In this document: positions 21,972 to 31,802 of the stretch, piece after piece
Numbering within the stretch: the stretch's first letter is position 1
How the letters are laid out: each line of letters starts with the position of its first letter
Assembly (NCBI GenBank): GCA_051546255.1
Contig: CP128820.1
Span: forward strand, 992,001 to 1,024,188
DNA length: 32,188 bases
Source: Meyerozyma guilliermondii
Taxonomy: Eukaryota
Direction: 5' to 3'
Translations under genes and position numbers: made by a program
Notes under the pieces: model-generated
What the model was told of the DNA's origin: nothing
The model's database searches: none
The model's input: only the letters and a program-made list of their open reading frames with translations

Positions 21972-23057
21972 TCAATTGAAATATATACGATATCTTTTGG
22001 GAGACTTTGATGGGTTTCCAATGGAAATCTCGCCTTCTAGGGCCCTAATATTGATAATTGTAGTTGTTAGAGTCACCATAGCCTCGATTCCTCTTGCCTC
22101 GGAATTGGGCTCTCTACAGATGGAATACGGTGTACCCAAAGTATCAGAAAGTGTGGACCGGATACTTTCTGGTGTTGCTGGGGCATTTTCCCTGAGTTCT
22201 TGACAATTTTTGAATCTCCAAAACGAGTTTTCAGCGGGAAAATCCTTGACAAATCTGGGTGTTCCATACAAGTGATTGGTGTGAATTACCGTCTGCAGAG
22301 CATCAGGACTTATCACACACAAACCCTTGGGAGAAGCTTCAACTGTAACAAATGTGCCCGACTTATCGGCGAGCATTATGTTGGAAGTCGAAGCAACTCC
22401 AAACTTCACCAATTGTTCAATAGCACCTTCAACACTGGTACACTCTAAGCATTTTCTTACAGCAAGATGAGTTGGTAATCCCATTTTCGTTACTCCACAC
22501 TTGATAGCATTTAGCATTAGTCCCACACCAGCACTATTCATACCCATTTTGCAAACAATTCCTGCTTCTGCAAGAGTCAAGATTCGTGGTTTGTTCTCCT
22601 GTTGAATATCAAGATAAACCAAGCACGATTTGACCCCTTCAATCCAGTCCCAGTTTTGACAAATGTACAAGTCATTGGTGGTGTTGTTCAATTGGGTTAG
22701 TGAGGTACATCCATCAGAGTAGTTGGTCAAACAAATTTCCGATCTAACATTGAGAGTAACAATATCGATCAATTCAACACCACTTCCATCTGCAATGCCT
22801 TGCATTTCCTCGACAATTTCCGGCCACACTTCCAAAAGATATTTTTTGTACTTGAGTGCTCTCGTTTTAGCCTGGTTCCAATCAATTTTTGCTGTTTCCT
22901 GATAGAGCTTATCGTATGCATGAATTATCTGATGGATGCGGTTTTTTGCAACCGTTCCATGTTGAAGCCCAATTTGATAGTTTGTACCTTTACAGGTGGC
23001 ATAGGGTATATCTGTGTCGTAGAAACGGTCTGGTTGAATATTATTCATTTCCCCCAT
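21972..23057 (-). CDS. Peptidase C45 / AAT family Ntn hydrolase (isopenicillin-N acyltransferase/Tan-like)
   Basis: 361 aa; IGLQHG, EEMQGIADG, LNVRSEI, autocleavage motif DG|CT, QNWDW, GMNSAG, HTNH. Confidence 0.9.
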   Translation of the reverse strand: MGEMNNIQPDRFYDTDIPYATCKGTNYQIGLQHGTVAKNRIHQIIHAYDKLYQETAKIDWNQAKTRALKYKKYLLEVWPEIVEEMQGIADGSGVELIDIVTLNVRSEICLTNYSDGCTSLTQLNNTTNDLYICQNWDWIEGVKSCLVYLDIQQENKPRILTLAEAGIVCKMGMNSAGVGLMLNAIKCGVTKMGLPTHLAVRKCLECTSVEGAIEQLVKFGVASTSNIMLADKSGTFVTVEASPKGLCVISPDALQTVIHTNHLYGTPRFVKDFPAENSFWRFKNCQELRENAPATPESIRSTLSDTLGTPYSICREPNSEARGIEAMVTLTTTIINIRALEGEISIGNPSKSPKRYRIYFN

Positions 23058-23104
23058 ATTTCGGAGTAAACTGGGTTTATATCATTTCCCATTTTGGGGT
23101 CGCT

Positions 23105-23137
23105 AAATTCCGCTGGTGTAGTGCTTGAGCGGAATTT
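23105..23137. promoter_or_regulatory. Everted CCG-N17-CGG Zn2Cys6-type site (10-bp inverted repeat AAATTCCGCT/AGCGGAATTT)
   Basis: In the 138-bp divergent promoter between the C45 gene and TF1. Confidence 0.65.
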
Positions 23138-23195
23138 CGCGATAATGCCCAAATCAGCCCTCAGCCAAAATCAGCTCTCAGCCCCAATTTCTTTT

Positions 23196-25262
23196 ATGAG
23201 TCTTTCGTCATTGCAGACGATCAAATCTTGTCATCGGTGTAAAACACTTCGGCGAAAAGTGAGTTTCATATGATTTTGTCTGGTAGCCATATTACTTAAA
23301 TTCCACCATTTCTGGTTCCCAGACATTTTGCTGGGCCAACCAACTCGATATTAATCTTGGCTTTTCAACTTGAAATTAGGTGATCTAAAGTACAAGAGGC
23401 AGCTACGAAATGGAGTTCTAATTTTAATTTTAATTATCTTGGCTCTTCGTTAATTTTGTGAGCCTCAACTGTTTTTCTGTCTACTAACTTAGTGCGACTT
23501 GAAATATCCCAAATGCTCGTTATGTAAGAGGAGCAAAACAGAATGTCTTGGATACAATACAAATACCAAAGCAAGTGTGCCACGCAGCTTGATAACACAT
23601 CTTAGAAATGCGGTGGCACAACAGCAAAGTTCCTTGACCCCGGAAAAACAACTACAAAACTTTCTCAGTGAGCCACTACTTCAAGCAGTTAGCAATACTG
23701 GAACACTAAAAAAATCCAGTTGGACTCATGATCAACGACAATTGATATACTCAATCTTCTTGTTTCGTCCCAACTTGCTACCTTCACCATTTTCCAACAC
23801 TTCACGAAAACAGGCAGAACATATTATCACCCAGATGCCGCTCTCGGCTCCCGTATCATTTCTGTCGATTCCAGAAGTATTTGCAAATTTCTTGTTAACC
23901 AACTATACAACTTATCATTTGCCACAGTATCCGTGCGTGTCCAAAATCCTGCTCGTGGAGTCGTTTAACAAAATATTTGTCACCAAGAAAGAATGCACTG
24001 CCTATGACTACATCACCGTTTCATTGGCAATGGCTATAAGTGCTAGTACACTTTTGTGGAAAAACGAACGAGCAGCCGTTGCATCTTCAAATGCACTTTT
24101 CACCACGGCAGCACAACATCTTTCTGATTTGGATTGGGAAGATAGCACAGAAACTCTTGCTATAATATTACTCTTCAGTCACTATTCCTACGCAAATCCT
24201 GTTGCTTGTGATACATGGTTTTTAATGGGGATGGCATTGCGTATGTCCTTCAGTCTAGGATTGCATCGGGACATGCCGAAAGACGATCTCAATGCTCTCG
24301 AGATTGATACTAGAAGGCGCTTATTTCTCATGACTTCCAGCATGGAACGTGCCTTGTGCTCCCTTCATATGAAACCAACTTTTCTCTCTGACCAATACAT
24401 TTCGTCATTGGACCCTTCTCCACTAGGTGACGAATTCATATCTGCTCAAGGACTTGACGAAAACGGTGTACACTATAAAGGAGCTGCGTTACATTTCCAC
24501 AAGCATCGGTTGTTACAATCTGAAATGTTTGATGTTCTCTGGAAAGGCCGTCTTGATCCAAAAATCAAACTTGAAGATTGGATGGAGGACATGGATCAAC
24601 GAATGACTCAATGGTACTTTGATGCTGCTCCTTTTACTAAAATTCACCAGCTCAAGTTCCGGGAAATCAATAAAGTTCAAGGCAGTCTTCGTCTAAAACG
24701 ACGCAGCCCATACTATACAGATCCAATTTTGAAGCATAGAATTGACCTATACTACGATATCAAGCGTTTGATTTCCATCAACCAAGATTTATTCTCCAGC
24801 GGTCACCTCAGTTACTTATTGTACGGAGTACATTTCATGGTGGAAAGCGCAGTATGCTTATTGGATATGATGTGGAACCAGTTGGAGTTGGTACTCAATA
24901 CGTTCAGCTTCCAGGAAGTTCACAATGTCTTCCGCAGTTGCTTGGAAGTTATAACGAGGATGTCCAGCAGATGGCCTGCTGCTCAATATTGTGTTACTGT
25001 ATTGAGCGATTTGGAGTACGAAGTGGCTGCATTCAAGTACCCTTCAGCTTTGTCTCAGAAAGTTGAGGTGAGACCTGAGCAAGAAATTTCCGATCAAATA
25101 TTCAATCTCCTCTTTCCAGACTCACACTATGAGGTGGTGAAAGAACCTGAGAACAAAGATGTACAGCTCTTTGATACCAATGAACTTGGATGGGACATTG
25201 AATTCGAAAGTGTTATCAACTGGAATGAGGACTGGGCATTGTCGAATATTATTTTGGACTAA
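23196..25262 (+). CDS. Zn(II)2Cys6 transcription factor with Fungal_trans domain; exons 23196-23258 and 23493-25262
   Basis: Splicing gives MSLSSLQTIKS-CHRCKTLRRK|CDLKYPKCSLCKRSKTEC (complete Cys6 cluster); middle homology region ALRMSFSLGLHRD...RRRLF. Confidence 0.9.
23259..23492 (+). other. Spliceosomal intron (234 nt, phase 0) of TF1
   Basis: 5' GTGAGT, branch TACTAAC 23482-23488, 3' TTAG. Confidence 0.88.
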
Positions 25263-26854
25263 ATGTGTTCATATGAAAGTTCAACCAAGTGCTGCAAATG
25301 GTCCCTATTTAAAAATTTGTCAACGGGTCCCCGAGGTTCCAAGGAAATCTTGAAAGGAAGAGGAGACCAGGTTTGAGCAGTTTTGTCTTCAGCATAGGTT
25401 TTATAGTTCAAGTCAGGTTTCTCACCATGTGGACCAATCTTGAATAAGAATATCATCCTTCCAATAGTTGCATACAATGCCCTATGCGAGAGTAATATTC
25501 CAGGACACGCTCTTGAACCAGCTCCGAAAGTGAAGTGAAATGGTGGCTTGTTGATATCGAGGCTCTCGTCAAACCATCTGGCAGGATTGAACTCATCTGC
25601 GTCCGCTCCGAAATGTTCTTTGTCGTGGTTCGCTGCTTGACAATTCAAGATCACCGTGACTCCCTTGGGGATCTTTGCTCCTTCGTATTCAAACTCACGG
25701 GTTGTTTTTCTAGGTGGACACAAAGGTATCACCGGGTAATGGCGTAGAGTTTCTCTGATCAATGCAACCACAAAGGGACATTTTTCTTCGAAAGTTACCA
25801 GGTTCCAAAGTTTGTCTCCGTCATTACCGTAGGCATCAGTGAGCTCTCCGTAAGCTGTCTCCTGCCATTCTTTTCCATTTTCAGTGCTCAATTGAGCTAG
25901 CAATAAACTCGTGATTGAAGCTAAAGTTTCAAAACCTCCGCTCACAAGCGAGACACAAATCGACCTCAAATCCTCAAGACTGAGCTTTTTTGTGCCCATA
26001 CTCCCAGCAAAACTCTCACGAACCTCGCTGCGTTCGAAAGCTCTATTGAGAAAGTCATTGAGCCACACATCTCTCTTTTTACTCACTTCCTTTGCCATTT
26101 CCCGCCGTTTATCTGGCAAGTACCTGTAAATTGGAACGTAATCTTGCAAATTGTTATTTGTAGATCTGAAACTACTGACCTGTGACACAATTTTCAAAAT
26201 GTCAAGTAGCAACGAAGAATCAATAGTGTCAAACCGAATGGCATAACAGAGCATTGTAGTAATATTGAAAGACATTCTCTGGGCAGCAATGTGTGGATCA
26301 ACCCCAATGGATCCTTCACAAGTTAATCTCCATATATCTTTCACAAATGAACAAGACTCAAGATCTATCAAATCTTGTATCTTTTGCAATGCAGTTCGGG
26401 TCATATACTTGGTAATAGCTAACCTTCTTCTCTTGCAATTTTCATCCCATGGACTTGTACCGACAGTTAGTCCTTGAGTATTGGAAACTAGCTTGTGGAA
26501 CGTGTAAAAAAGTGGACGATCAATGAGGGCAGATTGGTGGTTCTTCACAAACCATGAAAACCCCTCAGCAAAAGTATGTAATATTACTGCTCGCTCGACT
26601 CCAAATCTTACTTGAAACACCTTCAAGTTATACCGATCTCCTATAGTTTGCAAATTGGTAGCATGGTCTTCCCCAAGAACATTTAAATGTCCATAAAATG
26701 CTTCGCACTCTGGTGGTTCCACTATACCTTTGATTTTTCTGATTCCTGTACAGTAAGCCGCACCAAACACAGATTTTGCAGCAATTAATATGCTAACCAC
26801 AAGAAGAAGATAACCGTACAGATTCAAAAAGTCAAAGAGCAAATCGAGCAACAT
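25259..26854 (-). CDS. Cytochrome P450, CYP504 (phenylacetate hydroxylase PhacA/PhacB)-like
   Basis: N-terminal anchor; ALIDRPLFYTFHKLVSNTQGLTVGTSPWDENCKRRR typical of the CYP504 group; SGGFET, ETLR, PARW, FGAGSRACPG heme motif. Confidence 0.88.
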   Translation of the reverse strand: MLLDLLFDFLNLYGYLLLVVSILIAAKSVFGAAYCTGIRKIKGIVEPPECEAFYGHLNVLGEDHATNLQTIGDRYNLKVFQVRFGVERAVILHTFAEGFSWFVKNHQSALIDRPLFYTFHKLVSNTQGLTVGTSPWDENCKRRRLAITKYMTRTALQKIQDLIDLESCSFVKDIWRLTCEGSIGVDPHIAAQRMSFNITTMLCYAIRFDTIDSSLLLDILKIVSQVSSFRSTNNNLQDYVPIYRYLPDKRREMAKEVSKKRDVWLNDFLNRAFERSEVRESFAGSMGTKKLSLEDLRSICVSLVSGGFETLASITSLLLAQLSTENGKEWQETAYGELTDAYGNDGDKLWNLVTFEEKCPFVVALIRETLRHYPVIPLCPPRKTTREFEYEGAKIPKGVTVILNCQAANHDKEHFGADADEFNPARWFDESLDINKPPFHFTFGAGSRACPGILLSHRALYATIGRMIFLFKIGPHGEKPDLNYKTYAEDKTAQTWSPLPFKISLEPRGPVDKFLNRDHLQHLVELSYEHI

Positions 26855-26912
26855 CTTAAAGAAACTTTAACTTCATAGAAGTCTACTTATATACAAAAGG
26901 AATGCCGAATGG

Positions 26913-26941
26913 AAAATTCCGCAACATTTCATTTCGGTCGG
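26913..26941. promoter_or_regulatory. CCG-N17-CGG site in the P450/SDR divergent promoter
   Basis: AAAATTCCG (CCG 26919-26921) and CGG 26939-26941; additional TTTTCCG at ~26964. Confidence 0.55.
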
Positions 26942-27026
26942 AGACCTCCGCTTTCTGGTGGAATTTTCCGATGACCAAAGCTATAAAAATAGTTAAACCC
27001 TTTTATGGAGCTAAACCTCAATTCCA

Positions 27027-27899
27027 ATGTCATTAAGGGTTTCAGATATATTTAACGTTCAAAACTACCAAGTTGTTATTACCGGAGGTGCTTCCGGCTT
27101 GGGAAAAATTCTAGCTCGAGGATTTGTTGCAAATGGCTGCAACATCTGTATTGTGGACATTGACCAAGAAGGAGTAGATGCAACTTTATCCGAACTCAAA
27201 GCTATTGCAGAAGAGTCTAATACAAGCTCGCAAGTCACCAGTGTCGTCGGAGATCTTTCATCTGAGGTTGGACTTCAGGGCATCATCTCTTCCATCAAAT
27301 CCAAGTTTTCTCAACTTGACGTTTTAGTCAATTGCGCTGGTATAAGAAGAGTAAATGCTATCAGTTACACGCCAGGTGAGTCGTTGAGTCAATTAGCTGC
27401 TGCTACAGGTTCAAGCAGCTACAGCGATTGGGAGTCCACGTTCAAGATAAATGTACTTTCTCCACATTTTCTTACGGCTGGATTAGTTGAGTTGCTTGGA
27501 AAGGCATCGCAAAAAGAGTTTGGGCGTGGAAATGTAATATGCTTTTCTTCTGTGTCCTCCGTCCATAATGGACAGTATGTTCCGTCTTATCAAACCTCAA
27601 AAGCCTCTGTTGATCACCTTGTAAGAATCATGGCAGCTGAGTTTTCTGATAAGTATATTCGAGTTAACGCCATATCACCTGGACTTTTCCCCAGCAAAAT
27701 GAATCCGATGGACATCTCCATACCCGAATCCAACATGAGATATGCTAGAGAGATGCCTGCGAGAAGACCGGGTACGGAACAGGAGCTAGTTTCTGCCGCA
27801 ATTTTCTTGGCTAGTAACAAGTATGTTGACGGGCGCATTATTCGAATTGATGGAGGAAGGCTCTTGGTGTGCAAGGGCAATATATCTCAAGATGATTGA
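27027..27899 (+). CDS. Classical short-chain dehydrogenase/reductase (likely NAD-dependent)
   Basis: TGGASGLG, acidic VDID after beta-2, NCAG, Ser..YQTSK, IRVNAISPG, IDGG. Confidence 0.92.
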   Translation: MSLRVSDIFNVQNYQVVITGGASGLGKILARGFVANGCNICIVDIDQEGVDATLSELKAIAEESNTSSQVTSVVGDLSSEVGLQGIISSIKSKFSQLDVLVNCAGIRRVNAISYTPGESLSQLAAATGSSSYSDWESTFKINVLSPHFLTAGLVELLGKASQKEFGRGNVICFSSVSSVHNGQYVPSYQTSKASVDHLVRIMAAEFSDKYIRVNAISPGLFPSKMNPMDISIPESNMRYAREMPARRPGTEQELVSAAIFLASNKYVDGRIIRIDGGRLLVCKGNISQDD

Positions 27900-29359
27900 A
27901 TAAGTTTTTCAAATGCATGCTTGTACCGTATACCGTCTCTCCAATAGCGAGTTGTGTACTCGAGGGCTATTTCAGCGAGCAGTAGATGCTGCAATATTTT
28001 CTGTTCTGTAATAGTTACATTGAAAAAGTCCATCGCTTCATACCGATCTGTTTGGTAGATTGTGAACAAAGTACATGCGGCGTTGAACACTTTTATAGTT
28101 TCTAGCCAACATGAAATTAGTTTTTCATTTTTGATCAGTTCGTAGGCAGAGTTGATAATACTCATCAGACCAATAACCACTAATGGAATCGCAACCTGAT
28201 CCATCAGAGGTGTACAGAGTGAACAGGAATGGGTGGTTGTGAAAGCGAGAAGTACACAGCTTTTTGGATCAATAATCAAAGTGTCCATGTGGGTGTGAAG
28301 AAAAAGATTCAAATCGTTGTCGTAAGGGCACTCTTGTTCCTGCCGGTCGTATATCTTTTTGAAGAGCTGAACCGTTGGAGACACCAGATGTAAAGCACTC
28401 GAGTTCAGTTTCATTTGGTGGATATTATAAGCTTGCAACATAGGAACTCTTCCTAGAGAAAGGGCTACTTCCTCCTCTATATCATACAAGACACTTAGAA
28501 CCCTTTCAAACGTGGTAGAATCTTCTGTTTCTTTAGGTATACCTTGACCAAGACAAAATCGACAGCATAAACCTAGTGTATACCACAAGTCTTGACCACT
28601 AGGATGAATCATTTGAAGTAAGCAGCTTAATACCATCACAGTAAGTGAGTCCAGGTTATACTCTGCCACACACTCAGGAATTCCCGCTTGAGCCCATTGG
28701 GTTAGGAGGAGAGTTATAGGAACAAAATTCGGGTCTTTTCTCATATACTGAGCCGAAGATATAGCCAATGCTAAGACCACCAAAAGACATTTCCGTGAAG
28801 GAAGATTTCTGACCTGGACGTCGAAATCGTAAAACAGTTTTTCGAATATTCGAAATTTGGATGGCAAATTTTCAAAATAGTTGTCCACGAGAATTCGAGT
28901 TACACTTGGAGTTAGCATGGCCTTGTCAAACTTGACTGTCAGTGCACATTCGTAGCGTGGTTCTGACTTGCAAAAATCAAGATCAAGCTGTCTTCCACAC
29001 TGTTGCATAGCCCATATGAAGATGTTTCCTGGTGTGAATTTACCCAAATACAAATGAGTTGTTACTCCAAGATGAGACTTTCCCGTCAGGCTAAGAAATT
29101 CTCTGGGAGAAAACGCGGTTTCTGTTTGGATTTTTGTACGTTCCAGTCGCTCCAACCGTTGTTGTAAATCGTGTATTTCCTTTCTGGAAACAAATTCCTT
29201 TACTGCTGTGTCGTAATAAACACATTCACTTCCTGTTCCATTACAATTTGCGCAAAAAGGCAATTGGTCATCACACTAGGTTAGACTCAGAAAAATAACC
29301 AACAAAGAAAAACTCACCTTGAGATGACGCTTCTTGCACCTGATGCATGTAAGAATCAT
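27887..29359 (-). CDS. Second Zn(II)2Cys6 transcription factor; exons 29359-29318 and 29275-27887
   Basis: Splicing gives MILT-CIRCKKRHLK|CDDQLPFCANCNGTGSEC, followed by a coiled coil (IHDLQQRLERLE) and a degenerate middle homology region. Confidence 0.85.
29276..29317 (-). other. Very short spliceosomal intron (42 nt, phase 0) of TF2
   Basis: Minus strand GTGAGT...TCTAAC-C-TAG; removal restores the Cys6 cluster in frame. Confidence 0.82.
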
Positions 29360-29394
29360 GACGGAAATTTGCACCCGGATGTATAAATGGCGGA

Positions 29395-29432
29395 AAAATC
29401 CGCCAGCACCTCGATTGTGCGGGGAATTCCGC
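29395..29432. promoter_or_regulatory. CCG-N17-CGG site in the TF2/amidohydrolase divergent promoter
   Basis: AAAATCCGC (CCG 29400-29402) and GCGGGGAATT (CGG 29420-29422); extra CGGAAATTT at 29362, CGGAAAAAT at 29391, AATTCCGC at 29425. Confidence 0.6.
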
Positions 29433-29509
29433 CCGCGCTCCCCCACTCTCAACCCCATTGAGCCGCACCATTTGCAACCGATAAAAAGCCACTAAATCCA
29501 CTCATCTTT

Positions 29510-30895
29510 ATGTGCAATTGCTTGGACGACAGTCCTAATGGACCGCCCTCGGGAACCTTGCTTGAAAAAGGAAAATATGACTATTCAGGAAGACTCGTGC
29601 AACCACCTCGATCTCCATTCATGATTCATACATCAAATGTGTTTGATCCATTGAAAAAAAAGTTTCTTTCAAACATATCTCTCCGAGTCGATCCAGAGCT
29701 GGGACTCATTATTGAGGTGGTTGAAAGACAGGAGGAGCCTACAATTGCAAAAAACGACATCGACTTGAGAAATAAGTGGGTAATGCCTGGTCTTGTGGAT
29801 GCCCACTCTCACATCTTCTTGCATGCGTATGCTGAAAAGACTTCAACTGAGCAAAAGAGAGACGAGTCTTTTGTGGAGCGTATTATCAGATCCACAAACC
29901 ATTGTCGTCGTGCCCTCTTGGCTGGTGTAACCACCTATCGTGATTTGGGTTCGGAAGGAATGATGGAAGCCGACGCTAATGTAAGAGATGCAATCAACAG
30001 AAACCTTATTCCTGGACCTCGTTTGTTTGTTGCAACCAAGGTTTTGGCTTCTAATTCCTCGTACATTGTAAGAACCGAAAACTCTTTGGGTGGTGTGAAT
30101 TTACCCTCAACTCTTGATGCCTGTGATGGAGTTGAAGAGATCAGAGCAGCGGTCAGAAGAAGAATTGGAGCTGGAGCAGACATCATCAAGTTTTATGCCG
30201 ATTACCGTAATCGGATAATGAGATTTCCACCAGTACAGCAACATCCTTATGTTGGATCTGTTGCACATCCTCCACAAAACCCTAACCCTGAAGTGGTACT
30301 CTATACTCAGGAAGAGATGAATGCTCTTTGTGAGGAAGCTAGACGGATGAACTGTCCTGTGGCAGCTCATTGTGGATCAATCGAAGGTGCAATCATGGCA
30401 TCTAATGCTGGTGCTTTGACAATTGAACATGCTTATTGGGCTGACGAAGAATGTCTTTCAACACTAAAAAAGAATGGAACCATGTTGGTTCCTACTTTGG
30501 CAGTTTGTGAGCAGTTTTTCGGTTCAAAGCTTGATGTAATTCTTCGCAAGACAAAACGTGCTTTTGATCTCGGTATTCAATTGGCTACTGGTGGTGATAC
30601 TGGAACATATCCTCATGGCGAAAGTGTACGAGAATTGGAATTGATGGTTCAAGCTGGGATCCCAGTTCCTGACGTCTTGGTTGCAGCAACCTTAAATGGT
30701 TGGAAAGCTTGTGGTGGTGATTTATCAGGGTACAAGTTTGGCTGGATTGGAAAAAATGTGGTTGCTGATTTGATTGCTGTTGACCAAAATCCAATTGAAA
30801 AGTTTGAGGCAATGAGGAATATTGACTTCGTCATGAAAAACGGTCAAGTTTATAAACAAGACGGTGTTCCAAACAATGAAATCTTTTTTTACTAA
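29510..30895 (+). CDS. Metal-dependent amidohydrolase (Xaa-Pro dipeptidase/N-acyl-amino-acid hydrolase-like subgroup)
   Basis: PGLVDAHSH (HxH), AGVTTYRDLG, GADIIK (Lys ligand), VAAH, IEH, GGD, ADLIAV...VMKNG. Confidence 0.92.
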   Translation: MCNCLDDSPNGPPSGTLLEKGKYDYSGRLVQPPRSPFMIHTSNVFDPLKKKFLSNISLRVDPELGLIIEVVERQEEPTIAKNDIDLRNKWVMPGLVDAHSHIFLHAYAEKTSTEQKRDESFVERIIRSTNHCRRALLAGVTTYRDLGSEGMMEADANVRDAINRNLIPGPRLFVATKVLASNSSYIVRTENSLGGVNLPSTLDACDGVEEIRAAVRRRIGAGADIIKFYADYRNRIMRFPPVQQHPYVGSVAHPPQNPNPEVVLYTQEEMNALCEEARRMNCPVAAHCGSIEGAIMASNAGALTIEHAYWADEECLSTLKKNGTMLVPTLAVCEQFFGSKLDVILRKTKRAFDLGIQLATGGDTGTYPHGESVRELELMVQAGIPVPDVLVAATLNGWKACGGDLSGYKFGWIGKNVVADLIAVDQNPIEKFEAMRNIDFVMKNGQVYKQDGVPNNEIFFY

Positions 30896-31802
30896 ATTAG
30901 ATTAAATCTACAAAATTTAAAAATAATGCAAACTAGTGTTAATAAAGATTCATGTAAATGAAAGATCACCTTACTGTACAACTAACCTCAAACCTCTTAG
31001 CTATCGCTATATCGAAATTGAGAAACATTTCATGGTCCTTTTTTAAGTGTAATTTGAAAGCTCAAGGGCAATTTGCAACTAAAGTTCCTACAAATTACGT
31101 AGCCGCTAAAATGTCGCAGCCAAAAACATCAGTACACCAATACCAAACATCGCACCGGGACGCCAGTTCGCAACACGCCTTCGATTGGTGTTGACCTAAT
31201 TATCTGTTCCACCGTAATGGTTATGTAATTGATCAATACTCTAATTTAATATGGTGATGATGTATCACTTTAGTATCGATAGACATACTAGCAGTCATCA
31301 GTACGGCACATAACATCGACCGCCACCACTACTGCATAATGTATCTTCAGACACGCCCTCGGATACCTCACTTACGAGGGATAGACAACTTCAATTCCGA
31401 TTTGATCATTCATCAATGAAGTTTACTCTCGGAAGTCAATAGCGAAACCGGTCTGAATCTCTTTGACGCGACATTTGCCAACCATAGCTATGGAAATGAG
31501 ACAATGCATAGAAGGATCGGAACTCAGAAGATATTTGGTAATTACGTGCAGTGTACAAATACGATGTTAAATACCATGCATGGAAGCGTTGGTAAAACTG
31601 ACTGCCTGCATAATTACCCGATATGGAAAAAGTTCCAGTATATTAAATTAAGTGATAATTTCTTATTTTTAGTTTCGAGTTGGACACTTAGTGACAAAGA
31701 ACAGATTGATGAGCCTAGCGAATGGGATTAACAGTCCAATTCGTTATGCGAACCTTCGTGTGCTATTATTTCTTTATAGGGCAGCCAATGCACTTTATGA
31801 GC

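Noticed and set aside
23150..23185. Small tandem duplication AAATCAGCYCTCAGCC before TF1
   Set aside because: Two copies only, not seen in the other cluster promoters.
23499..25262. ORF-track starts at TTG/GTG (2151, 6698, 14931, 23499, 29263)
   Set aside because: Eukaryote: replaced by ATG starts or by spliced first exons.
21972..26854. Penicillin biosynthesis cluster
   Set aside because: No ACV synthetase or IPNS; the C45 protein lacks PTS1; the surrounding genes look catabolic.
31130..31139. CAGTACACCA as a telomerase RNA template
   Set aside because: Only 10 nt, near a telomere where such matches are expected, and no other TER elements recognisable.
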